A stretch of DNA of 27,677 nt, from the IMG/VR virus record IMGVR_UViG_3300035696_000009, one strand, 5' to 3'. The notes below the pieces were generated by a model. It was not told where the DNA came from and searched no databases. It saw only the letters and a program-made list of their open reading frames with translations. The stretch's first letter is position 1. Each line of letters opens with the position of its first letter. Source of the stretch: an uncultured virus (IMG/VR IMGVR_UViG_3300035696_000009) (taxonomy: Duplodnaviria > Heunggongvirae > Uroviricota > Caudoviricetes). The position numbers and the translations under genes are program-made. This document shows positions 1 through 7,364 of the stretch, in pieces.

Positions 1-151
1 TCCGGATGCACGCGTCGTCCGACTTGATCGCGGAGAGCGCGGCGCGCATCTCGCCATTGAGGCGTGCGATAACACCAGGTTTCATGAGCGTGCTCGTCCC
101 GCAGGGGATGAGCGCTGCCGTTTCGATCACCTCTGCGGCCTCGATTTTCAT
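1..151 (-). CDS. Hypothetical protein, 3'-truncated (MKIEAAEVIETAALIPCG...)
   Basis: ATG at 151 overlaps TGA of 148..357 (ATGA); frame open to window edge. Confidence 0.65.
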   Translation of the reverse strand, partial: MKIEAAEVIETAALIPCGTSTLMKPGVIARLNGEMRAALSAIKSDDACIR

Positions 152-357
152 GGCGCCGCCTTCGCGGCGACGTCCCATGACTCTTTCTTGTGCTTGGCCG
201 ACTCGAGCAAGCGCCACTCGAGCCCGCGCATCGTGGTGCGGTAAGCGGCCACGTCCTCCTCCGTCAACGTGTGACCGACGGGGAGCCTCTCGAGGTGGGC
301 GATGGCCTGGTCGAAGATCGCCGGGTCGAAGATCTCCCTCAGTTGATTCTCGCTCAT
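148..357 (-). CDS. Hypothetical protein (69 aa)
   Basis: Tightly packed between neighbours; GC3-biased codons. Confidence 0.75.
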   Translation of the reverse strand: MSENQLREIFDPAIFDQAIAHLERLPVGHTLTEEDVAAYRTTMRGLEWRLLESAKHKKESWDVAAKAAP

Positions 358-358
358 C

Positions 359-649
359 TCAGTGCTCCGTGAAGAGGTTCGGCGCGTGCCGATAATGCGG
401 GATCTCGTCCCGCGTGAACCGGCCTTCCTCGTCCACCGCCCTCACCCGGTAAGACGGGGGTCCTGGGATGCCGGCGTCCACGCACGCTGCCTCGGCCTCC
501 GCGAGGAGCTTCACGAATTTCTCCTGCCACGCGGGCGGCATCGACTGCAGCACCGCGCGCGGCATAACAAGATAGTTCGCGTAGCTCAGGCCGAACCACG
601 CATGGACCGGTTTGGCGTTCGCGGCAACCAGGACTTTTTTCTTGGTCAT
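359..649 (-). CDS. Conserved phage hypothetical protein
   Basis: Motif HAWFGLSYANYLVMPRAVLQSMPxxWQ recalled from phage proteins. Confidence 0.85.
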   Translation of the reverse strand: MTKKKVLVAANAKPVHAWFGLSYANYLVMPRAVLQSMPPAWQEKFVKLLAEAEAACVDAGIPGPPSYRVRAVDEEGRFTRDEIPHYRHAPNLFTEH

Positions 650-836
650 TCTTCTAGCGCCTCCCGCTCCACTGCTGTCTTGAGCTTGCTGATCAAATGG
701 TGGATCGCAGCCGTGTGGATCTTGATGGTGTCCGGTTCTTCCCGTGCGGCGTGAATGCCGTCAGCCGCCCAATCCTTGATGGCCGCTCGATCAGTTTGAG
801 CTTCGCGCGTTTCCCGTTCCCGTTCCCGTTCGTCAT
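646..836 (-). pseudogene. Frameshifted small gene (MTNGNGNGKRAKLKLIE / AAIKDWAADG...EALEE)
   Basis: Start (836) and stop (646) both form ATGA overlaps with neighbours but lie in different frames; one G inserted near 785 fuses them. Confidence 0.55.
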
Positions 837-1081
837 CGCTTGCCGAAGCCCCTCATGTCGACGCCGTTCATCTCGACCTTGAGCCCCTCGCGATCCATCG
901 CCCGCACGATGTCGCGGCAGTTGTCGCCGCCCTCGCAGATGACCGACTCGCCCTTCCTCGTGCGCTCGCCGCCGGAGAGATTCTCGTCCATCCACGCCTT
1001 GGCGGCGCGCGTGAGCGGCTCGATCTCGTAGAGGCCAAGCTCGCCGGTGATGATCACGTCGTACTTCTTGGTCCGCGCCAT
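833..1081 (-). CDS. Hypothetical protein (MARTKKYDVIITGELGLYEIEP...)
   Basis: GAGGAG RBS before ATG 1081; C-terminal part of track ORF 833..1432. Confidence 0.8.
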   Translation of the reverse strand: MARTKKYDVIITGELGLYEIEPLTRAAKAWMDENLSGGERTRKGESVICEGGDNCRDIVRAMDREGLKVEMNGVDMRGFGKR

Positions 1082-1482
1082 GTCGTCTCCTCGCTCTGGA
1101 GCCTCTCGACGAGCAGGCCGAGCATACCCCAGAGCGCCGCGTGCTCGAAATCCACGCACCCCGCGCCCGGTCGAGAGCACGCGTTGCCCGAGTAGTCCCA
1201 GGAGCACGCCCCGAGCGCGCGTCGGTCGATGACGCATCCGGCGTACTCGACGGCGGAGCCCACAGCGGCGTACGCGGCGGCGCGCGCGTACCACGGGAGA
1301 TCGCGCAAGCGCGGCGAGAGCGCGAGGAACGCGCCGCCGCCGAACGCGTAGACAGGCAGGAACGGCACGTGCGCCCCCTTGAAGAGCGCCGAATAGCGCG
1401 GCTCGTCCGAGGTGACGTTCTCGGCCGCCCACCCGGCGACGCCGAGGAGCATGCCCCCGAGGACGAGGTCACTCCTCCCCAT
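1054..1482 (-). CDS. Putative ABC-transporter type IV/CmpB-like (DUF1113) membrane protein
   Basis: Hydrophobic helices with ordered motifs GWxxE, PFLPVY, EY, WDYS, WGxL. Confidence 0.7.
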   Translation of the reverse strand: MGRSDLVLGGMLLGVAGWAAENVTSDEPRYSALFKGAHVPFLPVYAFGGGAFLALSPRLRDLPWYARAAAYAAVGSAVEYAGCVIDRRALGACSWDYSGNACSRPGAGCVDFEHAALWGMLGLLVERLQSEETTWRGPRSTT

Positions 1483-1654
1483 GCGCGCTCTCCCAGTAGT
1501 CGCGCGCGGCGGCGATCAGCTCCTCGTCCGTCATGGGCATGGCGGGACCGCGCGCGGCGGCGGGCGTCTTCGCGACCCACTTCGCGAACATCACGAGGTC
1601 CTTGATGTGCATCGGCACCTCACGCGTCACCGTCACCGTCTCCGTCAGCTTCAT
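1469..1654 (-). CDS. Hypothetical protein (MKLTETVTVTREVP...)
   Basis: GGAGG RBS; ATGA overlap at 1651-1654. Confidence 0.75.
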   Translation of the reverse strand: MKLTETVTVTREVPMHIKDLVMFAKWVAKTPAAARGPAMPMTDEELIAAARDYWESAHGEE

Positions 1655-2007
1655 TTCTTCCTCCACGACGAACCCTCGAGCATCGCGTTGAACGCCGGGT
1701 CGAGGCACCGGAGCGCCTCCTTCGGGAAACGCGGGTCGGCGTCGACGACGAGCGTGAGGTCGGGGTTCACATCGACGGACACGCGGGCGCCGCTCTCGCT
1801 ATGCGTGATGGCGTACGACGCGCGCTCGGTGCCGTACTTCGGGTCGCCCTGGAAGTACGGCCCCTCGAAGAAGAACTCCTCCTCTTGCTTGGGGCGCGCG
1901 CGGAACGACCCGCGCAGATGCATCACGCACTGGTCGAGGAGCCTCTCGGCGAGGGCCTTGTAGCTCTTTGGCCCGTAGTAGGCGGGGCCCACGCGACGGC
2001 GGGTCAT
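1651..2007 (-). CDS. Hypothetical protein
   Basis: ATGA overlaps at both ends; GC3 bias. Confidence 0.75.
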   Translation of the reverse strand: MTRRRVGPAYYGPKSYKALAERLLDQCVMHLRGSFRARPKQEEEFFFEGPYFQGDPKYGTERASYAITHSESGARVSVDVNPDLTLVVDADPRFPKEALRCLDPAFNAMLEGSSWRKK

Positions 2008-2258
2008 CGCAGTTCTTCTTCCCACGTGTCGAGCTGCGAGACCAGCTCCTCGGCGGCCTCCTCGGGCGTGTCACCGGCGCCGCTGATCGCCCTCGGCTTC
2101 TTCCTCGAGCCCCGGGCGCGGGCGTCCACGGTCACCGAGTACCGCGGCGCGTGCCGGGTGAAGACGAGGCTCGCGTGGCTCTCGCGCACGAGGCCGGCGT
2201 GCTGGTCGACGGCTTTCTCGACCGCAAAGAGCAGCGCCTCGACGAGGTCATGGGCCAC
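2004..2258 (-). CDS. Hypothetical protein with C-terminal GxGDTPEEA (HicB-N-like) segment
   Basis: Packing; SGAGDTPEEAAEEL motif. Confidence 0.7.
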   Translation of the reverse strand: MAHDLVEALLFAVEKAVDQHAGLVRESHASLVFTRHAPRYSVTVDARARGSRKKPRAISGAGDTPEEAAEELVSQLDTWEEELR

Positions 2259-2262
2259 GCCG

Positions 2263-2460
2263 TCATCCGTTCACGGTCACCCGCGGCAGGCCGCGGATGC
2301 CGAGCATCTTCCAGCCGCTCTTGATGATCGCGTTCTCGGGCCACGCGGCGACGACGTTGCTGGCCGCGTCGCGGAAGACGAGGAGCTGCTTGCTCGAGTC
2401 GAAGAACCAGATGAGCGCGGGGTCGGGGCTGAGGGGCGCGTGCGGCGTGTTCGGGTTCAT
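2263..2460 (-). CDS. Hypothetical protein (MNPNTPHAPLSPDP...)
   Basis: GAGGAG RBS; ATGA overlap with 2457..2795. Confidence 0.7.
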   Translation of the reverse strand: MNPNTPHAPLSPDPALIWFFDSSKQLLVFRDAASNVVAAWPENAIIKSGWKMLGIRGLPRVTVNG

Positions 2461-2795
2461 CGGCTCCTCACGTGGTAATCCTCGGCGCGGAGCGCGTCCA
2501 GTGCGCACGCGAGCGCCTCGGCGGGGACGGGCTCGGTGCTCCCCTCCAGCTCCTCGATCACGACATTGTGCTGCGGCGTCACGTGCACCCGCGCCGTCCA
2601 GATAATCTTGTGGCGCTCCCGCCCGCGGAACTCGAACTTCGAGTACCCATCGATGTCGAACGTGTAGTCGCTGCCGCGCGAGTAGCGTTTGCTGACGTCG
2701 CCCACGGCGATGCCGCCGCCGCTCCCGAACTGCCGCGCGCACCGGTCGCGGAGCGCGATCGCGTGGTTCTTGTGGCTCAGCGCCGAGACGGACAT
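2457..2795 (-). CDS. Hypothetical protein (112 aa)
   Basis: GAGG RBS; packing. Confidence 0.75.
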   Translation of the reverse strand: MSVSALSHKNHAIALRDRCARQFGSGGGIAVGDVSKRYSRGSDYTFDIDGYSKFEFRGRERHKIIWTARVHVTPQHNVVIEELEGSTEPVPAEALACALDALRAEDYHVRSR

Positions 2796-2802
2796 GGGAC
2801 CC

Positions 2803-3207
2803 TCAAGTGTAGATCTTCCCGTCGTCGCCGACGTAAAGGTTCACCGTCGGGAATTTCTGCGCGAGGTCGTGGAGCCTGTCGTCGATCTCGTCCGGCCAGT
2901 CGCCGTCGCCGAAACCCGCGCCGTACTCGTTGTGCGTGAGCCAGAAATCGTGGCCCGCCATCTCGAGGTACGGGTAGCCGTTGATCCGGCTGGGGGCTTG
3001 CTCGAGCAGCGGCCACGCCTTGTCGAGGAACTTCTTGGCGAGGACGACCAGCTCGTCCTCGGCGCTCTGGGCGAGGTCGTCGGGACCGTAGTTCCGGTCG
3101 AGCGGCTCGCCGCCCTGCTCGGTGCTTTCGTCGTTCGTGAAGGCGAGCGCGGCCTCGACGTACGCGTCGAAGAAGTCCTCCAGGTCTCGGTTCGAGTACT
3201 TAGCCAT
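2803..3207 (-). CDS. Acidic conserved phage protein (AGHDFWLT family)
   Basis: Motifs YVEAAL, AGHDFWLTxNxxGAGF and YVGDDG recalled from phage proteins; 29 D/E vs 10 K/R in 134 aa. Confidence 0.85.
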   Translation of the reverse strand: MAKYSNRDLEDFFDAYVEAALAFTNDESTEQGGEPLDRNYGPDDLAQSAEDELVVLAKKFLDKAWPLLEQAPSRINGYPYLEMAGHDFWLTHNEYGAGFGDGDWPDEIDDRLHDLAQKFPTVNLYVGDDGKIYT

Positions 3208-3212
3208 GGCGG

Positions 3213-3695
3213 TCACCCGATGTGGAAGATGTAGTGCCCGATGAGCAGCACGATGACGCCGGTGACGATGACCCCGAACACCGAGATCGCGCCGTTCTTC
3301 CACCAGTTGTACTTGCGTTTGTACGCCCGTAGGTCTCGCGCGGCCGTGTCCTCGAGTTCCTCCTCGATCTCGACAGCCTTTTTCTCGATCTCGCCGGCCT
3401 TCTTCTCGATCTGGACGGCCTTTTTCTCCACCGTCCGGATGCGCTTGCGGATCACGCCGAGCTGTTCGAAATTCGCGTGCGTCTCCTTCTGGAACTCAGT
3501 GAAGCGCGCGTCGAGCGCATCGACCTTGCCGCCCGTGGTCGATACCTCGCGAAGGAGCTTGCCCATCGAGTACTCCATGGTGACCACGGCCTTCGCCGCG
3601 ATCCTGGCGTACTCCCGCGCGTCGAGCCCCTCGGGGAAATCGCCGTTGAAGGCACCCTCCCTCGGTTCTTCGCGCGGGTCGCGGGTGCCGCTCAC
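3213..3695 (-). CDS. Coiled-coil protein with C-terminal membrane anchor
   Basis: Heptad repeats EKKAxxI; terminal TM helix AISVFGVIVTGVIVLLI. Confidence 0.8.
   Translation of the reverse strand: MSGTRDPREEPREGAFNGDFPEGLDAREYARIAAKAVVTMEYSMGKLLREVSTTGGKVDALDARFTEFQKETHANFEQLGVIRKRIRTVEKKAVQIEKKAGEIEKKAVEIEEELEDTAARDLRAYKRKYNWWKNGAISVFGVIVTGVIVLLIGHYIFHIG
3363..3428. repeat. Imperfect 21-bp tandem repeat x3 encoding heptads
   Basis: Units beginning ctcgatct at 3363, 3384 and 3405. Confidence 0.8.
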
Positions 3696-3985
3696 GGGCT
3701 CGCCCTGAAGAACTCATCGCTCACCGTCATCTGCCCGGTCGCGCGCGTCCTCGGGTAACAATGGTCGCACGGGCAGCCGCCGGCGTCGCCGAGCGGCGTG
3801 CCGTCCTTCGTCGGGCACGGGCCGCCCTCGTGGGCGCAGCGCTTCCCCGCGAAGATCTCCTGGCATGCTTGGCATAGCGGCGGGGGTTCGGCCGCAGAGG
3901 TCGTGGCGGTGTTGATGCACGAATGCGAAAGCATTCGGGCCGGGCCCCGCTGAACGGAGTGAGGAGGGCAGGTGTGGAGCATCAT
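3692..3985 (-). CDS. Cys-rich hypothetical protein
   Basis: 9 Cys including CQAC and CPCDHC; overlaps at both ends. Confidence 0.65.
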   Translation of the reverse strand: MMLHTCPPHSVQRGPARMLSHSCINTATTSAAEPPPLCQACQEIFAGKRCAHEGGPCPTKDGTPLGDAGGCPCDHCYPRTRATGQMTVSDEFFRASP

Positions 3986-4296
3986 GATTGGACCCGTGAA
4001 ATCGTGATCCCTTCGGTGTTCCGGAAGATGCACTCGAGGAGTTCGTCGGGGAAGTATTGGTCGTGCTCCACGAGCACGTCGAGCATCGGTTGGACCATGA
4101 CGTAGGCGCGGCTCTGGATCGAGCCGCTGCCGGGTTCCCTCGGTCGGAGGCTGTCGCCCCAGATCATGAACTGGAAGACCCCGGAGCCGGGGAGCGGCTC
4201 AGTCACGTCGCCGATGCTCCTGAAGGCCGGGTAAGCCTTGAGCGACCTGCGGCACTCCTTCGCGAGCCGCGTGGCGAGCGTCTTGGAGCGGATCAC
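3982..4296 (-). CDS. Hypothetical protein
   Basis: GTGA and ATGA overlaps. Confidence 0.75.
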   Translation of the reverse strand: MIRSKTLATRLAKECRRSLKAYPAFRSIGDVTEPLPGSGVFQFMIWGDSLRPREPGSGSIQSRAYVMVQPMLDVLVEHDQYFPDELLECIFRNTEGITISRVQS

Positions 4297-4505
4297 CGAG
4301 TCTTCTCCCCGGTCTTCGAGAGCGCTATCGAGATCATCCCGATCGCGAACCCAAAGACGATGAGCGACCCAGACGCCTCGTCGATGTACTTACCCATCGG
4401 GTCCTCCTTCGGGGCGGCCCCGGGTAGCCGGCCGGTGATTCGCCCGACCGCGCCGAGCGTCATCATCCCGAGCCCGGCGTACGTGCCCGCTTTCGCGAGG
4501 TTCAT
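4293..4505 (-). CDS. Small two-TM membrane protein
   Basis: Two hydrophobic Gly-rich helices; overlaps with neighbours. Confidence 0.75.
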   Translation of the reverse strand: MNLAKAGTYAGLGMMTLGAVGRITGRLPGAAPKEDPMGKYIDEASGSLIVFGFAIGMISIALSKTGEKTR

Positions 4506-4732
4506 CGCGTGCGTCCGTGGTGCGCGGTCCGCTTCATCGCGCGCCGCCGCGCCGCCGCGATCTGGTGCGCGGTCGCCGTCGTCGAGACGCGGCGGCCCTT
4601 GCGCTTCGAGAGCGCGCCCATCTTGTCCAGCTCGTGGCGGAGCGCGTGCGCCCGCTCGTGGCTCGGGCAGATGACCGTGACGCTCCCGCGCTTGACGTTC
4701 GGGGAGTGAGTGCGGTGATGGGTTCTCCTCAT
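4502..4732 (-). CDS. Small Arg/His-rich basic protein
   Basis: GAGG RBS; MRRTHHRTHS...AAARRRAMKRTAHHGRTR. Confidence 0.7.
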   Translation of the reverse strand: MRRTHHRTHSPNVKRGSVTVICPSHERAHALRHELDKMGALSKRKGRRVSTTATAHQIAAARRRAMKRTAHHGRTR

Positions 4733-4744
4733 AATGTTCCTCGT

Positions 4745-4927
4745 TCAGCGATCATGATCCCAGCGCTTCGGTAGAAACCCGCCCTTCGAGAGCCATTCGT
4801 CGAGCGCCTCGACGCGTTCGGCGAGCCTGATTGCGACATCACGATCAATGCGCGTCTCGTTGTCCCAAGCATCGAGTAGCTTCTTCGCGAGCCGAAGTTG
4901 TTGGCGGAGATTCTCATCGGGATCCAT
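4745..4927 (-). CDS. Conserved phage protein (MDP...ALDEWLSKGGFLPxxW)
   Basis: AAGGA RBS; motif recalled from phage proteins. Confidence 0.8.
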   Translation of the reverse strand: MDPDENLRQQLRLAKKLLDAWDNETRIDRDVAIRLAERVEALDEWLSKGGFLPKRWDHDR

Positions 4928-4937
4928 GTGAGTCCTT

Positions 4938-5177
4938 TCACCTCGCGACGTAGCGTCGGAGCATCGACCGGAACTGATGGGTCTCCTGCGATGCCTCCGT
5001 GACCGCATCGATCGTCTTCATCGTTTGCTTGTAGAGTTTGTGCAACTCGGCGTCCGGCAGCTCCTCCATGAGGTCGAGGCTCTCCTTGAACGCGATGAGC
5101 GCGAGGTAGCCCTCCGCGAGCGCGTCGTCAGCGACCTGGGGCTTGTGCAGCGAGGCTCGGAAGCGCGGGACGGACAT
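4938..5177 (-). CDS. Hypothetical helical protein
   Basis: TGATG overlap with upstream gene. Confidence 0.75.
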   Translation of the reverse strand: MSVPRFRASLHKPQVADDALAEGYLALIAFKESLDLMEELPDAELHKLYKQTMKTIDAVTEASQETHQFRSMLRRYVAR

Positions 5178-5434
5178 CAATCGCCCTTCATCTCGTTGAA
5201 CGCGTCCGCGATCTCGCGCCAGCTCACGATGCTGTAGGCCGTGTGGAGCTTGCCGGGCGAGAGGTCCTTCATGTCGGGCGTGCCCTCCGGGAGCGTCTCG
5301 AGGACGAAGTCCTTCGCCTTCGCGGAGTTGAACTTGCCCCGGTAGTCAAGCACGGTGCGGTAGAGGCCCTCGTCGTTGCCGAACCATAAGGCGATGTTCC
5401 AGGTCTCCCAGTTCTTCCAACCCTGATAGGCCAT
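5177..5434 (-). CDS. Conserved phage protein (YxGWxNWETWNxALWxxNDEGLY family)
   Basis: Distinctive N-terminal motif; GGAGG RBS. Confidence 0.85.
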   Translation of the reverse strand: MAYQGWKNWETWNIALWFGNDEGLYRTVLDYRGKFNSAKAKDFVLETLPEGTPDMKDLSPGKLHTAYSIVSWREIADAFNEMKGD

Positions 5435-5447
5435 GACGGTTCCTCCG

Positions 5448-5476
5448 AGTCTACCGCCGCGGGGCCGGCCGGCCAA
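5448..5476 (-). promoter_or_regulatory. Sigma70-type promoter
   Basis: TTGGCC-17nt-TAGACT in intergenic gap. Confidence 0.6.
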
Positions 5477-5494
5477 ACTGCACGAATTTTCCCG

Positions 5495-6190
5495 TCAGTC
5501 GTGAACGGCCGTCATCGTCACGGTGTTCGCGCTGAGCACGACGGGGTCGGGGATCGCGTCCGTGAACGGGTGCTGCGCGAGGTAAGTCCTCGCGCGCTCG
5601 AACCTCACGCTCGCCTTCGGGTGCGCGCCCTCGTCGCAGCTCTCGCCGGAGTATGCGCAGAGGGAATTATGCTGCTTGAGCGAGTCGCGCATGATGCGCT
5701 GGGCGACGCGGATGGCCGTCTTCCTGTCCGCGAGAAGCTCGGGGCCGCGGATGACAGTGCCCTTGTCCTGGGCCGACTTCACGATCGCGGCGGGCGAGTA
5801 GAAGACCGAGCCGAGCGTGCCGTCCTCGAGCAGGATGTAGCCGTTGCCGGCGACGTGGAGCTGCCAGAACGTGAAGGCGTGGCCGCCGTCGCAGTCGCCG
5901 CGCCGGTCCGCCCGGTAACCGCGCCGGTTGCACGATCCGTCGTCCACGAACTTCTGGAAGCCCGTCTCCATGCTCGCGACCGCAGCGTCGAGGAGCGCTG
6001 TCTTCACGCGCCCGTCGGCGCGCCCGAAGACCGGCGGTTCATTCGCGTCGAGGGCCACCATGCAGATGTCCTCGGCCACGGAGCGGAGGCGCGCCGTCGC
6101 CTCGGCTTCGGTCTCGCCGTACGGCGTGAGGTTGCGCACCGGGATCCAGGTGAGCATCGCGGTCAGGATGTAGGTGACGAGTTGTTGCAT
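5495..6190 (-). CDS. Lysozyme/lytic-transglycosylase-like protein with N-terminal hydrophobic segment
   Basis: Helix ending ASMETGF (candidate catalytic Glu) followed by DGGxAxxxWQLH; resembles a family I associate with Polyangiaceae. Confidence 0.6.
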   Translation of the reverse strand: MQQLVTYILTAMLTWIPVRNLTPYGETEAEATARLRSVAEDICMVALDANEPPVFGRADGRVKTALLDAAVASMETGFQKFVDDGSCNRRGYRADRRGDCDGGHAFTFWQLHVAGNGYILLEDGTLGSVFYSPAAIVKSAQDKGTVIRGPELLADRKTAIRVAQRIMRDSLKQHNSLCAYSGESCDEGAHPKASVRFERARTYLAQHPFTDAIPDPVVLSANTVTMTAVHD

Positions 6191-6197
6191 CCGAACG

Positions 6198-6226
6198 GCC
6201 GTACTTCATGGTTGCGCGGATCACAA
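6198..6226 (-). promoter_or_regulatory. Candidate promoter, leaderless geometry
   Basis: TTGTGA-17-TACGGC-7-ATG; imperfect -10; no SD sequence. Confidence 0.4.
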
Positions 6227-6393
6227 GGACGATCGCCGCGGCGCCCGCGACCACAAGCAAGGATCTTGCCCGGCGCGGTCGTGTCTCGCTTTCTGAGAGA
6301 TGTTCGCCCCTTCCGCGTTCCTCTTGAAGCGATACCTTCGTCTTCGCTCGTAAATCTGTCGCAAGATTTTCCTGCCTTGGTTAGGATGTGCCT

Positions 6394-6609
6394 ATGGCGA
6401 GCGGAGACATGTCACTCGTGCGGATCGAACGGAACATCGGGCAGATCGAGCGCCAGGCGAGGGAGATGCGGCACTCGCTCAGCCTGTACGAGTCGAACCC
6501 GCGCAAGTACGAGCCCCAGCTCGACAACCTCGCGCAGGCGGCGCTCGACGCCAAGAGGGCGGCCGAGATCATCCTCCGCACCATCGGGGCCTCCGACGAG
6601 GAGGACTGA
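6394..6609 (+). CDS. Hypothetical helical protein (plus-strand singleton)
   Basis: Strong GC3 bias; TAGGAT (6382-6387) 6 nt before ATG. Confidence 0.75.
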   Translation: MASGDMSLVRIERNIGQIERQAREMRHSLSLYESNPRKYEPQLDNLAQAALDAKRAAEIILRTIGASDEED

Positions 6610-6613
6610 CGCC

Positions 6614-6829
6614 TCAGCGCGTCCGCGCGTGCCGCGCGCGCCGGTGCGCGTGCTTGCGCTTCTTCTTCCTGTACGCGAGCCACAAGGGCCGCTTGCCTGC
6701 CTCGCGCGCCGAGACGCGCGCGGTGTTCAGGGCGATGGCGATCGCCTGCTTGCGCGGCCGGCCCTCGTGCCGGAGCAGGCGGATGTTCTTCGAGATCGAT
6801 TTCCGACTGTAGCCCTTGAAAAGCGGCAC
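6614..6829 (-). CDS. Small basic phage protein (MPLxKGxSRKxISxNIxxLxxEGRPxKQAIAIAL family) with Arg/His tail
   Basis: GGAGGT RBS before GTG 6829; motif recalled from many phages. Confidence 0.85.
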   Translation of the reverse strand: MPLFKGYSRKSISKNIRLLRHEGRPRKQAIAIALNTARVSAREAGKRPLWLAYRKKKRKHAHRRARHARTR

Positions 6830-6874
6830 GGCACACCTCCGAGACGCATGCAAAACCGCGAGAAACCCTGAGGG

Positions 6875-6914
6875 CGAGCGACCTCCCGGTCAGTGAAGAA
6901 CGGGAGGTCGCTCG
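6875..6914. terminator. 14-bp perfect hairpin downstream of the 39-aa basic peptide
   Basis: cgagcgacctcccg / cgggaggtcgctcg with 12-nt loop; no immediate U-tract. Confidence 0.55.
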
Positions 6915-6919
6915 TCGCG

Positions 6920-7039
6920 TCAGCGGTGACTGCGGTGATGCGCACGGCGGCGGTGGTGACCGCGACGAGCGGCTGCCGACGCCCTCTGCGCCCTCTTGAG
7001 TGCCGCGCGACGAGCCCGGGTAAATACGTATCGTGCCAT
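6920..7039 (-). CDS. Protamine-like peptide MARYVFTRARRAALKRAQRASAAARRGHHRRRAHHRSHR (39 aa)
   Basis: Purine-rich RBS AAAGGAAAAGG; fills an otherwise empty gap; hairpin after stop; not in ORF track. Confidence 0.75.
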   Translation of the reverse strand: MARYVFTRARRAALKRAQRASAAARRGHHRRRAHHRSHR

Positions 7040-7089
7040 GATGGTACCTTTTCCTTTCTTTCGGTTCGATGTGGTTGACGGAGCTGTTC

Positions 7090-7353
7090 TTACTGGCAGA
7101 AGCGCCTACGGTCCTTCGAGCGCTGGCCGATCCCCCAAGTCTTGATCGGCGCGGGTGCAAAATCAGCGAGCGTGAGCTTCTCCCAGCGCGCCTTGATCGC
7201 TCGCGCGTGATCCAGATCGTCCTTCGAGGCGCCGACCGCGCGCTCGCGCCCGATCTCGTCGTCCATGAAGAGGACCACGTGCCAGAGCGAGCGTGTCCCG
7301 CACGGCTCGGTGCGGTGCTCGGAGACGATGCGGCCTTTGCCGACGAAGCCCAC
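7090..7353 (-). CDS. Hypothetical protein
   Basis: GGAG then GTG 7353, just after the upstream stop. Confidence 0.6.
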   Translation of the reverse strand: MGFVGKGRIVSEHRTEPCGTRSLWHVVLFMDDEIGRERAVGASKDDLDHARAIKARWEKLTLADFAPAPIKTWGIGQRSKDRRRFCQ

Positions 7354-7364
7354 GCTGACTCCGA

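Noticed and set aside
809..815. GGGAAAC slippery heptamer as a canonical -1 frameshift site
   Set aside because: It is read GGG AAA C from ATG 836, the wrong phase for X XXY YYZ slippage
3213..6190. Holin-endolysin lysis cassette
   Set aside because: The TM proteins and the lysozyme-like gene are separated by unrelated genes and a promoter; no spanin pair recognised
6039..6260. 73-aa ORF with a hydrophobic N-terminus
   Set aside because: TTG start without RBS and an out-of-frame overlap of about 150 nt with 5495..6190
6191..6390. c-di-AMP (ydaO) or c-di-GMP riboswitch ahead of the lysozyme-like gene
   Set aside because: I could not find the conserved core motifs; kept only as a generic structured-RNA candidate
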